DNA of 63,659 bases, counting the filler, from Neoconidiobolus thromboides FSU 785 (lineage: Eukaryota; Fungi; Entomophthoromycota), in the NCBI GenBank assembly GCA_025603075.1. It is 6 parts of 6 records of this genome, joined end to end, with 100 filler letters (N's around TTAATTAATTAA, not from the genome) between each part and the next. Parts side by side here need not be neighbours in the genome. Positions count along the whole stretch, not along the records: positions 1 to 29,219 come from MU626492.1; 5 more parts are not named here. One strand, given 5' to 3'. The position numbers and the translations under genes are program-made. The notes under the pieces are model-generated. The model worked only from the letters and a program-made list of their open reading frames with translations, did no database searches and was not told where the DNA came from. This document shows positions 1-11,856 of the stretch, piece after piece; the stretch's first letter is position 1; each line of letters starts with the position of its first letter.

Positions 1-734
1 GAATGATTCCATCCATTCTGTGAACCTGGTGCTGCATGAAAATCAATCATTACTCTTATTCCATATTTTCTACACCATTGAATACCACGTAGTAAATATT
101 TCCAACCTCCATAAATAAAGGGTTCGTTATCTTGTATATCAAATTGCCAATATCCAATAGGTATACGTACATGATTTAATCCAGCATTAGCTATTGTTTT
201 TATATCATCTTCAGTTACCCAGGTATCGTAATGGTTTAATAATCTCTCACTACATTTTTGCTTTCCTATAGTTGAACATAATGTCCATTCATCTACTACT
301 CCTTCATTAACATGATCTTCAAAAATAGAAGGGACAATGAAAGGCTCAGGTACTAACCAACCACCTAAATTAACTCCCCGAATCTTCATATCAGTACCAT
401 ATTTAAAAGGTTGATTCAGAGGAGGTGAATATGAATTGGCTCTTGCACTATCATCAAAAGAACCTAAACCTTTAGGTATGACAAGTAAATTAGGTTTCTC
501 TGTTGATGTATCAATATCATTTAAATCATCTGAGTTATCATTTGTATTGTTATTTCCTTGATTATCATTATTATCTTCATTTAAAGTTTGGGATTGTTGA
601 GCACCTTTGTTTTGATTTGGTATTACAACCAAAAAGACTACAAGTAAGACAGCAACTATAACTAAGACTAATATGCTAACAATGGAAAATATACAGCATC
701 TTTTTTTGCTCTTTTGTGTTTTTTTAGTATCCAT
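1..734 (-). CDS. Type II membrane-anchored GH5 exo-beta-1,3-glucanase (ExgD/Exg2-like), 3' end outside window
   Basis: Manual translation from ATG 734: MDTKKTQKSKKRCCIFSIVSILVLVIVAVLLVVFLVVIP (TM anchor), Asn/Asp linker, then SARANSYSPPLNQPFKYG..IRGVNLGGWLVPEPF..DEWTL..HYDTWVTEDD..AGLNHVRIPIGYW..IDFHAAPGSQNGWNH; these are GH5 motifs. Confidence 0.93.
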   Translation of the reverse strand, partial: MDTKKTQKSKKRCCIFSIVSILVLVIVAVLLVVFLVVIPNQNKGAQQSQTLNEDNNDNQGNNNTNDNSDDLNDIDTSTEKPNLLVIPKGLGSFDDSARANSYSPPLNQPFKYGTDMKIRGVNLGGWLVPEPFIVPSIFEDHVNEGVVDEWTLCSTIGKQKCSERLLNHYDTWVTEDDIKTIANAGLNHVRIPIGYWQFDIQDNEPFIYGGWKYLLRGIQWCRKYGIRVMIDFHAAPGSQNGWNH

Positions 735-1760
735 TATAAATTATAAATTATTAAAAGTGTGAGAGAAATTAAATAGTTTCAAAAGTAATATTCATCTTAC
801 ATTTCAATTCTACAGTTTATATATTTATTCCAAATTCATTTTTTTAATAACTTTTATTACTCTATCATGAGGTAAGTGTAGATTACTATTCATTTTTAAC
901 CATAACAAAATGTTCTAAATAAACTTGTTAAATTAAGCAAGTTTAATTAGAAATTATTTTAATGGCTTACTGAAAATATTGACTTAATAATTAAAACATT
1001 GAATTATAATGTTTTTCTTTCTATAAAGAAATACAAGAATTTTCTTACTTTCTTGTTTAAGCTGTTACTACAACTTATGAACATTATATCGATTGTAAAA
1101 GCTCAACCCGAACTTTCTAAAATTTAATATTCCAATGATTGTAAACCTCTATGAATAAACCGGGAATTGAAGTATACAAATCTATAAAAAGAATCTACTC
1201 AGCATGTATCTCCTTTCCCAAATGTCCTCATGCTTATTAATAAAATTTCTAATACCTTAAGGACTCTTATATCCCACTCAAATAACTAGTTATAACATTT
1301 AAAATCAAAAACGTTAACTTCATTTTCTAATGATGATGCTTACACTTTTGATAAAGAATATGTCTTGAGTGTTTAAAATGGCTTTATTCTTGAAGTTTTT
1401 TATATCAGATAATTTGATAAATAGGTTAATATCTTGAAATTTTCAATAAAACCAATTAAATTTCGAGAATATTTATTAAATTTCTCACAGAATAATGACA
1501 AGTTAATTAAAAAGGTGACGTTATTTTTTCTCATTAAATATATATTTTAATATTAATTTTAATACTTTTTAAGAAATGTTATTTATAATTTAAGTTTAAT
1601 CTTTATCAAAGCACAATGACGGGGTTATTGAATTTAAAAAATAATATTCAAACTCCATTTTGAATTTTATTAGCTTGTTGATATCATTCTTAAATATAAA
1701 TACTTTTGGAGGATTTTATAAATATCGATGACAAAAATGGTATATTATTTATTAATATAC

Positions 1761-1896
1761 GAAGATGTTAAATTAGTTTCATTATTTTATCCAATTTTTA
1801 AATATTTTGTATTTTAAAAACTTCGCTTAAAATTCTATAAAAACAAATTTTCTATTAAAAAGCAAAAGTCTCTAACACAGTTCTAAATCATTATAT
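1761..1896. mobile_element. Longer TIR-family variant B fragment (copy 1)
   Basis: Begins GAAGATGTTAAATTAGTTTCATTA and aligns over ~130 bp with 52769-52900; terminus resembles the MITE end. Confidence 0.6.
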
Positions 1897-1995
1897 AAGG
1901 ATGTATTTTTATGTTTAAGGATTTTACTAACAATTTTTCTGCTCAAATAGCGCTTAAAAGATGGAAAAAGTAATGAAGCCAAAAAAAACATATTC
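1897..1995 (-). mobile_element. ~98-bp MITE copy (degenerate ends)
   Basis: Matches family consensus core TTTAAG..ACTAACAATTTTTC..CAAATAGCGCTTAAA..GGAAAAAGTAATGAAGCC. Confidence 0.85.
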
Positions 1996-4456
1996 GATGT
2001 TTTATTAACTCTTTGAATATTATAGGCAAATATTGTTCATATAATTCAAATCAAATTAACTTTTTAGGCATTGAGTTAAGAAAAGCTGATCTAATTAGCA
2101 TAAATTAACTAGGAAACATAGTCCAATCAAACAAATTACTAATAATTGTTGGTTTAACAGAATAAACTGGAATATAAAAAGCTGTTTTATTTTTCCCTTC
2201 AGATTAAGATCCTACAAATTTCCCATCTTAGAGAACCCAGAGTACATAATCTGTTACAACTAAAGGTCTCTTTATTAATTATGTAGCTTTTGGTTGCATT
2301 TTCTAAAGTATGGGTTGGGTGATAAACTGTTATGCCTCTTCTTATGAGCTGAGATCTTCCATTACTATTTTCAACCCAGTAGCGCTTTTAAACTTGGTTG
2401 CTAGAAAACTTGATTTTGTACCAAAGTTATTTTTATTTTCTGGAGTAACTGATTTTTCTCTTAGTTAATAAGAGCTTAGGCTTTTAAATTGAATGTTTTA
2501 TCTTCTTTTCTTCTAAGAGGAGCCTGATTTTTTGTGGTGACTACTGTATTTCCCTCTCTACTAGCAGAGTTTTCTGTCTCTGGAATGGTTTTTCTGCTAC
2601 CCATTTCAACAGAAATGGTTCCACTTACTGGAAAAAGAGTTAGGATTCCTAGTTTAGCATTTTTTTCTTTTTTATCAATAGTATTTTGTTGAGCAGGAGT
2701 ATCGCGATAAGTAAAGGCCCCTTCTAAAACATTTTTCTGAAGCTACAAAGGCAAAACCTTTTGATTTTATCAAATTAATACCTTTATTAATTTTTGCGTT
2801 TTTTTAGTGAGGTTATATTGCTTTGGAATAAAATCCGAGTTTTAAGGCCTGCTTTTTTAGCTTTACTAACATAAATTTTATAAATTAAATTAAGGTTGGG
2901 ATTTTTTACTTTTCAATCATTAGTATATATATTAAAACCAACTTGGATATAGACCAAATATTTAAAATAACAATAGTAACCTGATTTTCTCTTAACTGGA
3001 GACTTTTCATATATAGTGCTTAAAAAATTTGTCCCAAAAAGTGAAGGACTAAACTTTGGGTGCTCATTTCTTATTTAAAAGTACAAGTAGATAGTTCAGA
3101 TAAACGCCTATGAATATAGCTATAAGGAGCAGTTTGATGACTTTCATATATATTTAATAAACTCAGGTTTTTATTTGGCATTAAATCCAATAAAGAAAAA
3201 GTGGCTTTAAGCACTTTAAACACAAAGTATTTAATATTTGTGGAATATAATCTATTAGACTATCATTAAATATTAAATATAAAACGCCTAGTTGATTCCA
3301 TTGTGTGTACATTTAAAAGAAAACAATCTGTAAGTAGGCGCTAATGATAATAGCGAGAGGTAATCCAAGGAATCTCATTTTTATCAGTAATTATAAAAAC
3401 GGTATATAGTATTAAGTGTATTGATTAATTGATAATTGATTTTTATAGTCAACAGCAATTTAACTACACATTGCTTAAACGGGATATTTTTAATTATTAA
3501 AGTCTGTAAATAGATGCGTTTATATCTATTCTATTTCTTTAGTAGCTAGCTTACTCGAAATTTATTTATGATTTAATGACCAGTATTTCCCAATTTACCA
3601 TAATATTAATTTTATTATAATAATAGCAGGCCCACTTTACACAATTGAGCCTTACATATTAACAGTAGAGTAAAAGTCTATACAAATTTATCAAATATAC
3701 AAGAATCAAAAATTTTCCAAGGTATTGGGATAAGATACTATATATATAATCAAAAAATAGTATAATTTTTACAATACCTATCCTTTATAAACAATTTCAA
3801 AGATGTATATTCTTTTTATGTCTTTATCTTTAATTTGCTGATTGGTTTGTACAATTTTGCATTTATGTTTATTTCGCCAAAGCTGTATTAATGATAAAAT
3901 TCTATATTATATAATAGCGATATTAACAGCCCATACATATTGAGAATGAAATTCAATTATTAAATAAATATTAAATTGTGTGTTATAACAAGATTGTTGC
4001 TGTAAGTTTGCATATCTTTACTTTTAGATTTAATAAATCCCAATATTCTAAACAAACTCATGCTTATGAGCTTTAAAGCAGCTCATAATCTTTTAACTAT
4101 AATCAGCCGATAAACACAACATAGTTGATAGTAATTACTGTGTATCTTCTACAAAATCCTGTATTGAAGGAAGAATAGACTATTTTATTAACAAGCTATA
4201 AGTTTATTTTTTTGTAGAATTGGATTTTAAATGTATTTATAATATATCTTTGAATCTGTATTATTTAAGTCTTTTTAATAATTTTCTAGTAGATGCATAA
4301 AAAGATTGCATATATAGAATTAAAAAGTTAAACAAACAGGAGGTCTATATTTAAGAAGATTTAATGATAAAAATTAATTTATAACTATTAATAAGATATA
4401 CTTAGACCTTATGAAAAGACTTTATTAATTATTTTACAAATAGCATAAAATAAAAG

Positions 4457-5500
4457 TTAAATATCATCAACTTTGACTATAGCCTTGCCAAAGTTTCTAC
4501 CTTGAAGCATACCAATAAACGCCTCAGGTAAACTTTCAATACCAAAAGATAAATGTTCTTTATATTGAATTTTGCCTTCTTCCAAATAGTTAATAAAAAC
4601 TTGATTAGATTTTGGCCAAAGATCTCTTCTAAAAGCAACACCAAACCCTTGCATTTTAATCCTTTTGCTTAAAATGTTCATAGAATTATGTAAACCCTCC
4701 CTATTATTGGTGCTGTTGTATTGGGAAATCATACCACATACGCTTATACGGCATTCATTATTAGCTACTTCCAATACTGCATCCAACATTTCTCCACCTA
4801 CATTATCAAAATAAATATCAATCCCGTTAGGGCAATGCTGTTTAAGAGCTGAAACAAAATCCTTTTCGTTCTTATAATTAAAGGCTGAATCAAACTTTAA
4901 TTCATTTAAAAGGAAGTCAACTTTTTCATCACTGCCTGCAGACCCGACCACATTTAATCCTAATAATTTACTGTACTGTCCAACAATTTGTCCTACAGCA
5001 CCTGAAGCTGCTGAAATAAAAATAGTTTCTCCTCTTTTTATAGGTTCACAGATAGTGTGCAAACCAACGTAAGCAGTAGCTCCTAATATACCCACGATAC
5101 TTAAATAATAGGATAGCGGTATTTGTAAATTTCTTTCTTTTGGGATAGGCTCCGTTACATTTACATCTACAATAGAGTATTTTGCCCAATCTCCAATGGT
5201 TATAACAAAATCCCCTACTTTATACTGGTCGGTTTTGGATTTTAAAACCTGTGCAATAGCCCCACTACGGATTGGTGACCCTATCTTAAAAGATGATACT
5301 ATATTTTTTGTATCTTCATCTCCCATTCGCCAACGTGTATATGGATCAATCGAAATATACATAATTTTCACTAAAAGCTCTTCGTGAGTTAGTTTAATAT
5401 TATCTATATCAATATCCTCATAGACCACTTTGAAGGTTTCATCGACTTTTGGTAGGCCACGTGGAACACTTTGATAAACTACTTTGCCGTTTTTAACCAT
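4457..5500 (-). CDS. NADP-dependent oxidoreductase, MDR family (2-alkenal reductase / PTGR1-like)
   Basis: 347-aa intronless ORF with SIDPY.R, ISAASGAVGQIVGQ, VVGSAGSDEKV, GIDIYFDNVGGEML, CGMISQYN and GRNFGKAIV motifs. Confidence 0.95.
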   Translation of the reverse strand: MVKNGKVVYQSVPRGLPKVDETFKVVYEDIDIDNIKLTHEELLVKIMYISIDPYTRWRMGDEDTKNIVSSFKIGSPIRSGAIAQVLKSKTDQYKVGDFVITIGDWAKYSIVDVNVTEPIPKERNLQIPLSYYLSIVGILGATAYVGLHTICEPIKRGETIFISAASGAVGQIVGQYSKLLGLNVVGSAGSDEKVDFLLNELKFDSAFNYKNEKDFVSALKQHCPNGIDIYFDNVGGEMLDAVLEVANNECRISVCGMISQYNSTNNREGLHNSMNILSKRIKMQGFGVAFRRDLWPKSNQVFINYLEEGKIQYKEHLSFGIESLPEAFIGMLQGRNFGKAIVKVDDI

Positions 5501-5664
5501 TGGATATATTATAAATTTTTATGTTTCGATTAATAGCCTTATTTAAATATTAATATCGTCATACCCATTACTAATGAAAAAACATCATTCATTAGTTCTT
5601 TACATAATATAACTCTGGTTATTAGTACCTTTGAAAAAATCGGAGTTAAATTTTTTATTTTAGA

Positions 5665-5732
5665 TTCGAATATTTCATATAAGTCCGAAATTTTCATATT
5701 TGAATATCTCATGTAAGTCCGAAATTTTCATA
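5665..5732. repeat. 34-bp tandem duplication upstream of the reductase gene
   Basis: ttcgaatatttcatataagtccgaaattttcata followed by tttgaatatctcatgtaagtccgaaattttcata. Confidence 0.85.
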
Positions 5733-5849
5733 CTTTGATATGTTTTTTAAAACAAGAAGTCTTGTAATATTTATTTAGTTGAAAATATTACAACATTGCT
5801 GATAAAATTTAAGCCATCTATTAATCTCCCAATTTAAACAGATCCATAT

Positions 5850-5956
5850 GGGAATGTGTTTTTTGTTTAAAGATTTTATTAACAATTTTTCCACTCAAGT
5901 AGCGCTTAAAAAAATGGAAAAAGTAATGGAAAAAGTAATGAAAAAAAAACATCCCC
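5850..5956 (-). mobile_element. MITE copy with internal tandem duplication
   Basis: GGGAATGTG...ACATCCCC; the TGGAAAAAGTAA segment is duplicated. Confidence 0.9.
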
Positions 5957-6872
5957 AATACTACTTGCTTTTTTATTTTAACAAAAGTGTTTAAATTTTA
6001 ACTTTGAATACTTTTTTTATTATGCTATGAAAGTGATAATTATCTGTATAATAAATCACTGATATTTATAATACATTTAGATATTAATTAATGTATTATA
6101 AAATAATATTTTAAAAAAAATCTTAATGTAAATTCATTAATATTATAAAGAGCATAAAATTAAAAAGTAATATAGAAGATAGAGAAGTGTATGCTAACAA
6201 TTGTTTATATTATCTTAAGCATACTATTTCACTTTTTGAACGTTGATGCTGTAAAGATTGCTTTTTCTATTTATTATTTTCATCAGGCTTACCTTATATA
6301 TTTTAGAATCTATTATTAAAAGTCTAATATTATCATTAAAATCTTTTCTTATCAGATATTATAGAAACCTTTATTAAATTTGCTTCTGATTTTTCACTGA
6401 TAACTTTAGTTGACTTTAAAGGTAATCCAGTTGACTTCCATTAGTTTTATTTATTTATGCTATCAATCTAATATTCGATTTCTTATCTTATTTGTTTTAT
6501 CAGAAAATTCAATAAATATTCAATTACATGAAGTGGGTTGATATATTAGCTATATTTATTTAAATCAAGCCTATACATGAAAGTTAAGTTAAAACGATGA
6601 AAAAGTAAATTCATTAATGATAGAAATAATTATTTTTTTTGATCACATAAAGTATAATATTATTTGATATATAACTATTTGATTAATATAATATACATTA
6701 TTTTTGTTGTTTACCACTTTAAATAGATTTATCCCAAGTTTCAAATTATTAAGTGAATAAAACAACAAAAATAATTGGACGCTTTGTAACTACAAAATTA
6801 ATAATACCAGTATTTGACCAATAAACTCCAAATTTTTATATTAAAATTGAATAGTATAAGAATATAACATAT

Positions 6873-6969
6873 GAGGGTGTTTTTTTAGCTTCATTACTTT
6901 TTCTATCCTTCAAGCACTATTTGAACGGGAAAATTGTTAGTAAATTCTTAAACACAGAAATATATCCCC
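6873..6969 (+). mobile_element. MITE copy 54 bp upstream of the F-box gene ATG
   Basis: GAGGGTGTTTTTTTAGCTTCATT...ATATCCCC. Confidence 0.9.
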
Positions 6970-7023
6970 ACGTATTGAGTAGAAAACAAATAGACCTTCC
7001 TTTCTCATCAGTTAAAATTCAAA

Positions 7024-8370
7024 ATGTCACTCAAGTTTGATCAATTGCCAGATGTCTTGCTAGAGGGGATATTTAAGCAATCAGATCCAAAAGAGCTATT
7101 TAAATACCGTTTTTTAAATAAGTATTTACTTAAGATTATCAATTATGTTATTAACTATAATTTAATACATTCACTTTATTATTCTGGGAATCTTGATTGT
7201 TATGATGCTTATCAACAAAGATTTATTGAACAAAATGGCTCTTTAATGAAGCATCTTATTATAGAAGGCCATGGTACTGTATATTTAAAATATAACCCAA
7301 AGTTATTTATACATTATATTGAAAACAATGGTGATGTCAATAATGATTCTAGTAAAACAAAAACCAATTTGTCACAATTAAGGAAGTTAATCATATCTGG
7401 CTACGATGACGAAAGATTACTAAATTCAGATAAATATTGTTTAAATCAAATTGAAGTTTTTGAAGTTTCGGGAAGTTATATAGTTGTTAAAGATATAATT
7501 CAATATTTTAATCCAAATAAGTTAAAGTCATTTATAGTTTATTCTGTTAAGCGTTTAAATCTTGATGGATTAGATGTACTTAAATCCAAATTTAATAAAT
7601 TAAAAGTATTAAAATTAGAAGCTGATGAAATTGTTATTCCTTCTAACAAACTTGATTCCAAATTAAGTTTTGTTTCCAGGTTAGATTTAGAAATTAATGC
7701 TGGGAGGTTTAATAGTTTTAATTTCAATTATTTCGGAGATTTAAAGAAATTAAAGAGTATAAAGTTAATAGATCGCAGTGGTGATATTTTTCGTGTAGAT
7801 TCAACTAATAAGAATTTAAAGATGATTATGGGTAGTAATATTATCACCTTGGGTCATTTTGATTTTGAGTCTTCAACTAATTTCAGTTCCAAATATACCA
7901 CTGTTTTTGGTATCAAAGTACCAGTTGACAGTAGTCTTAAATCTCCAGTTGCTTATGAGTTAATGAAATTGTCAAGTTTAAAAGAAATCTATATTAAAGA
8001 AATATCAGCAAACTTACTAAAATACATCTCTTTATTTAGAAATATTCAAAAAATTCAAATAAGCAATCATAATAAAATTGGAAAAGCGGAAATTGAACAT
8101 ATTATTAAAAACAGTTTATTCAAATGTAAGTTTATAAAACAGATTGAAATAAAGCATTTTAGGGCTTCATTTAGAGACTTAGTTTTCCTTTCACTCGTAT
8201 TCCCAAACCTCAAAGTCTTTAAGGCTACAGTTACTTTTCATTTAAGTGAATACAAACAATCTGATTATTATATTACTTCTCCGTTGTTGTTAGTTGCCCC
8301 TATTAATGATAAAACGCTTTATAAGAAGCTTATAAAGCATCAAATGATAGATTGGTATGTCTTAGATTAA
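7024..8370 (+). CDS. F-box protein with degenerate LRR-like repeats
   Basis: 448-aa ORF; N-terminus FDQLPDVLLEGIFKQSDPKELFKYRFLNK fits F-box consensus (LP.E.L..IF..L....L); L..L.I repeats follow. Confidence 0.8.
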   Translation: MSLKFDQLPDVLLEGIFKQSDPKELFKYRFLNKYLLKIINYVINYNLIHSLYYSGNLDCYDAYQQRFIEQNGSLMKHLIIEGHGTVYLKYNPKLFIHYIENNGDVNNDSSKTKTNLSQLRKLIISGYDDERLLNSDKYCLNQIEVFEVSGSYIVVKDIIQYFNPNKLKSFIVYSVKRLNLDGLDVLKSKFNKLKVLKLEADEIVIPSNKLDSKLSFVSRLDLEINAGRFNSFNFNYFGDLKKLKSIKLIDRSGDIFRVDSTNKNLKMIMGSNIITLGHFDFESSTNFSSKYTTVFGIKVPVDSSLKSPVAYELMKLSSLKEIYIKEISANLLKYISLFRNIQKIQISNHNKIGKAEIEHIIKNSLFKCKFIKQIEIKHFRASFRDLVFLSLVFPNLKVFKATVTFHLSEYKQSDYYITSPLLLVAPINDKTLYKKLIKHQMIDWYVLD

Positions 8371-8916
8371 AGTTGTATTTAATTAATCTTTTTATAATAA
8401 TTGTTGTTATTTCTATCATTTAATGTTTTTTAGTCTTTTTATATTCCAAAATAAGTGTATGTATTTTTTTGGTAAACCGATTAAATTTTAATACACATAA
8501 ATAGAGATATAATCATCCTATAGAAATATCCTTTATAGACATATATTAATATAATAGAACTAGGATAATAAATTAGACAATATTAAAAATAAATCAGAAA
8601 TAAAGATAATTGATTTGATAAATAAAAAATTTGATTTTGATGTTAGTTAATAAAATTATTAGTATTATTTAATAAAAAAGAATTTGTAAAACCTTTGCTA
8701 AAATCCAAAATAATTTGTTATTCATTTTTTATTAATACTTGATATATATTACTTTATGGTAAACATTTAAATATTATACAATGACTTTATTCATCAACGA
8801 AATCCACTTACAAACTATAGCTTAAAAAGTGGTCAAAGAAAGGCATTGTTGTCCATAACGAAAGAAAAAAATAAGGGATAGCGTTAGATTTTTTTAAAAC
8901 TAAGGGAATAATTAAT

Positions 8917-9014
8917 AGGATGTATTTTTGTGTTTAAGAATTTTGCTAACAAATTTTCCATTCAAATAGTGCTTAAAAAGATGGAAAAAGCAATGAAACT
9001 AAAAAAACATCCCC
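8917..9014 (-). mobile_element. MITE copy
   Basis: Consensus match; flanks TAAT/TAAT. Confidence 0.9.
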
Positions 9015-9108
9015 TAATAGTTTTTTAACAAATACAAATATAAATACAACTATTGTCCTTATTTTTGATATAAGCTTGACAGAGCTTTCAAAATTAAAAG
9101 CAATATAT

Positions 9109-9207
9109 GGGGATGTTTTTTTTTGGCTTCATTGCTTTTTCCATCTTTTTAAGCGCTATTTGCGTGGAAAAATTGTTAGTAAAATTCTTAAACACAAATA
9201 CATCCCC
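9109..9207 (+). mobile_element. MITE copy
   Basis: GGGGATGT...ACATCCCC; TSD ATAT/ATAT. Confidence 0.95.
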
Positions 9208-9252
9208 ATATAAAGTATAAAACAAAAAAGGAGAAAGAAATCAAATAAACTA

Positions 9253-9715
9253 TGTGAAATCTGGCACTCAGTGTTTGGAGTCAAGAACAGTTATTGCTGG
9301 GTTGACTACACTATAAATCGAAAGGTCTTAGTTTATGTGACTAAGGTAAACTTGGATTGTGAATAATAGCACGTAATAGGTTACAAGCTATATAAGACAA
9401 ATAGAATAGATAATACTAATGTAAAACTACTTAAAATACTATTAAGAAAACTTAGTGGCTTTATTAAATGTTCGAGATATCAGGGAATAATTCAGTTAAA
9501 AAGCCTCGAACTACTATACTCTGTAAACTCTTTTATACTCTGAAAAGTATAAATATCAAAATAGTAAGATAACATCCCTTGGGATGGAGCTAGAAATTCT
9601 CATAGCAAATCAAACTAAGAACGTGGGATTGATTTTCTCTGAACTCGAGAGCACAACAGCTTAGGCGATTGTTATCCTATAAGTAACCATGGGACTGACA
9701 AAGCGATATTTCATA
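9253..9715 (+). mobile_element. ~465-bp TGT...ACA repeat (solo-LTR-like), copy 1
   Basis: Starts TGTGAAAT, ends ATTTCATA; colinear with 27912-28376, 42216-42680 and 63544-end. Confidence 0.75.
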
Positions 9716-10079
9716 GCTCTTAAAATTGGTATAAATGGGTTACAATGTTTATATTGTATATTCCTCCCTACTATATTAAAATTGTCAAAAATCTTATTCC
9801 GAATTTTAATTACTAAAGTTTGCATTTTACTTTTATTTTAACAAAAAATAAAGTCAAATAACTGTATTCATATAGTTATATATTATATATCTATTAAATA
9901 TCTAATAGAAAGAACATAAAACATATAGTTAGAAAAATTAGATATTTAAGAAAAGGAAACAATTAAAATAAGTTTTAAATAAAGGGATCTAATTTTAGGC
10001 TTTTGGATTTAACTGTCACATTAGACACAAAATTTGGATCAACCTCTAAATAACTTCTGAAACCAATTCGGACAACCCC
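9716..10079 (-). mobile_element. Terminal ~360-bp segment of a longer GGGG-ended element (family R), copy 1
   Basis: Aligns with 43379-43723 and the reverse complement of 52957-53368; ends GGACAACCCC followed by ATAT. Confidence 0.8.
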
Positions 10080-10115
10080 ATATCCTCATATATAAAAGCA
10101 ATATAATCTATTTTA

Positions 10116-11460
10116 TTAATAATAATTATTATATAGGCATGAGTTTAGATTGTTTTGGCCCAAAACGTACCAATTTATCAATGGATCCTGTACAAAAATA
10201 TTATAAAGCTTTGTACCCCTTTTAAAAGCAACAATCGATAATGGGGTGCTAAGATTATAATCCATTTGTCCATGGTTATAATTAAATAATCTGAAATCGT
10301 AATTAACTTTAAATATTTTGAGGTTTGGGAATAAAGATAAGAGATATATAAGACCTTTAAATGAGTCTCTAAAGCAGCTTATTTTAAGATGTTTTATAAA
10401 CTCACATTTAAATAAATTATTTTTAATAACAGATTCAATTATATGTTTCTCAATTTTACTATAGTTTTCCATTTGGACTTTCCAAATATTAGATAATAAA
10501 GATATAGTTTTTAATTATTCTAAAGATAAATGCTGGATATATATTTCCTTCAAAGTTGATAGCCTCATAAACGCATGATTGCCTGGATATTTAAAATCAA
10601 AACAGCCCAAAGCTACAATATTACTGCTCCCAAACAACTTTAGGTTATTATTGTCATTATTTATCCTAAAAAATTCGCTACCTTTACTCATTAACTTTAC
10701 ACTTTTTAATTCCCCTAGATCTCCGAGACAACTGATATCAAATCCATCTAAATAAACCTTAACTTTCAATTTTAAATTAGAAATAAACTTTATATTAGGA
10801 CCAACTTCATCAAGGTTAGCAATACCATTTAAAAACACCAATTTCAGTTCTTCTAATGCATTAAAGTGCTTTAATTACATCTAATCCAACAAGATATAAA
10901 TTGTACTCTGAGTATATTCTAAGTGCTTTTAATTTATTTGCGTTGAAGTCTCTAATTAAATCTTTAATAGTTATTTCAGATCCTTCAATTTCAAACACTT
11001 CAATTTGATTTAAATAACTTTTAAATAAACTTAGCGCGTCCATATAGCTTAGGCCAAATATACCTAATTTCTTTAGCCCCGGTAATTCAGCTCTTGTTTC
11101 TGTAGCACTATCATGAATTTCACTATTACTGATCTCACTGCTGTCATCATTAATCTCACTATTAATACCATAAAATTCTATAGATTTCAAATTTGGACAG
11201 GAATTTAGATATTTACTGGGGTCTGATTCTATAACAATATGCGTCATTAGCAATCTATTTTTTTCTATAAATTCCTTTTGATAATTCTGGTATTCCCCAA
11301 AATAATAAACTGAATAAGTTAAATTGTACTTGATAACACAGTCAATAATTTTAAATAAACACTTATTTAAAAAACAATAATTGAATAATTCATTTGGGTT
11401 TAATAGTTTAAATACCTCTTCTAACAAAATATCTGGCAATTGGTCGAATTTAAGTGACAT
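10116..11460 (-). pseudogene. F-box/LRR paralog of 7024-8370, disabled
   Basis: Same MSLKFDQLPD start and WYVL C-terminal motif; 1345 bp versus 1347 bp; frameshift near 10865 and in-frame TAA at 10515-10517 split it into three ORFs. Confidence 0.85.
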
Positions 11461-11856
11461 TTGAAAATAAAATAAAACGAATAAAAAGGAAAAAAATTGA
11501 ATTTATATTTTAATTATTGCAATGTTATATTATTCAAATCTCAATATGGAATATCATATCATATTTAAAATGTAAGCGATCAAATGAGTACTATCACCAC
11601 TTTAAACTTAAAAGACACCATCTGTTTTGGTTAAAATATTTACTATGAAACTGGCTCATAAATGGAATAGTAAAGTACAAAACCATCAAAAGTTATATAC
11701 AAGTATAACTGTGAAAAGGCTATGTAATAACTATTAACATATTGTTTACAAATAATAAGGACGAATATTCATTATCATTAATAAATTAGCAGCTTGTACT
11801 TTTAATTCAACTCTTTATTAATAAAGTTAACGCCCATGAACTTAACTAAAACATTA

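Larger units (their letters stand above)
1050..2900 (-). mobile_element. Highly decayed LTR-retrotransposon-like relic (gag-like and integrase zinc-binding-like fragments), interrupted by TIR repeats
   Basis: Stop-ridden minus-strand translations: GHLGKE..Y..PGL..V near 1150-1230 (integrase H2C2-like) and KAGLKTRILFQSNITSLKNAK near 2800-2860 (gag-like); weak similarity only. Confidence 0.3.

Noticed and set aside
9105-9211. Classifying the MITE as Tc1/mariner (TA TSD) or Tourist/Harbinger (3-bp TSD)
   Set aside because: Copies flanked by GTAT/GTAT, ATTT/ATTT and AATT/AATT, plus the empty site, show a 4-bp TSD.
10515-10870. Stop-codon readthrough or alternative genetic code in the second F-box gene
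   Set aside because: There is also a frameshift, and other genes use standard stops; pseudogenisation is simpler.
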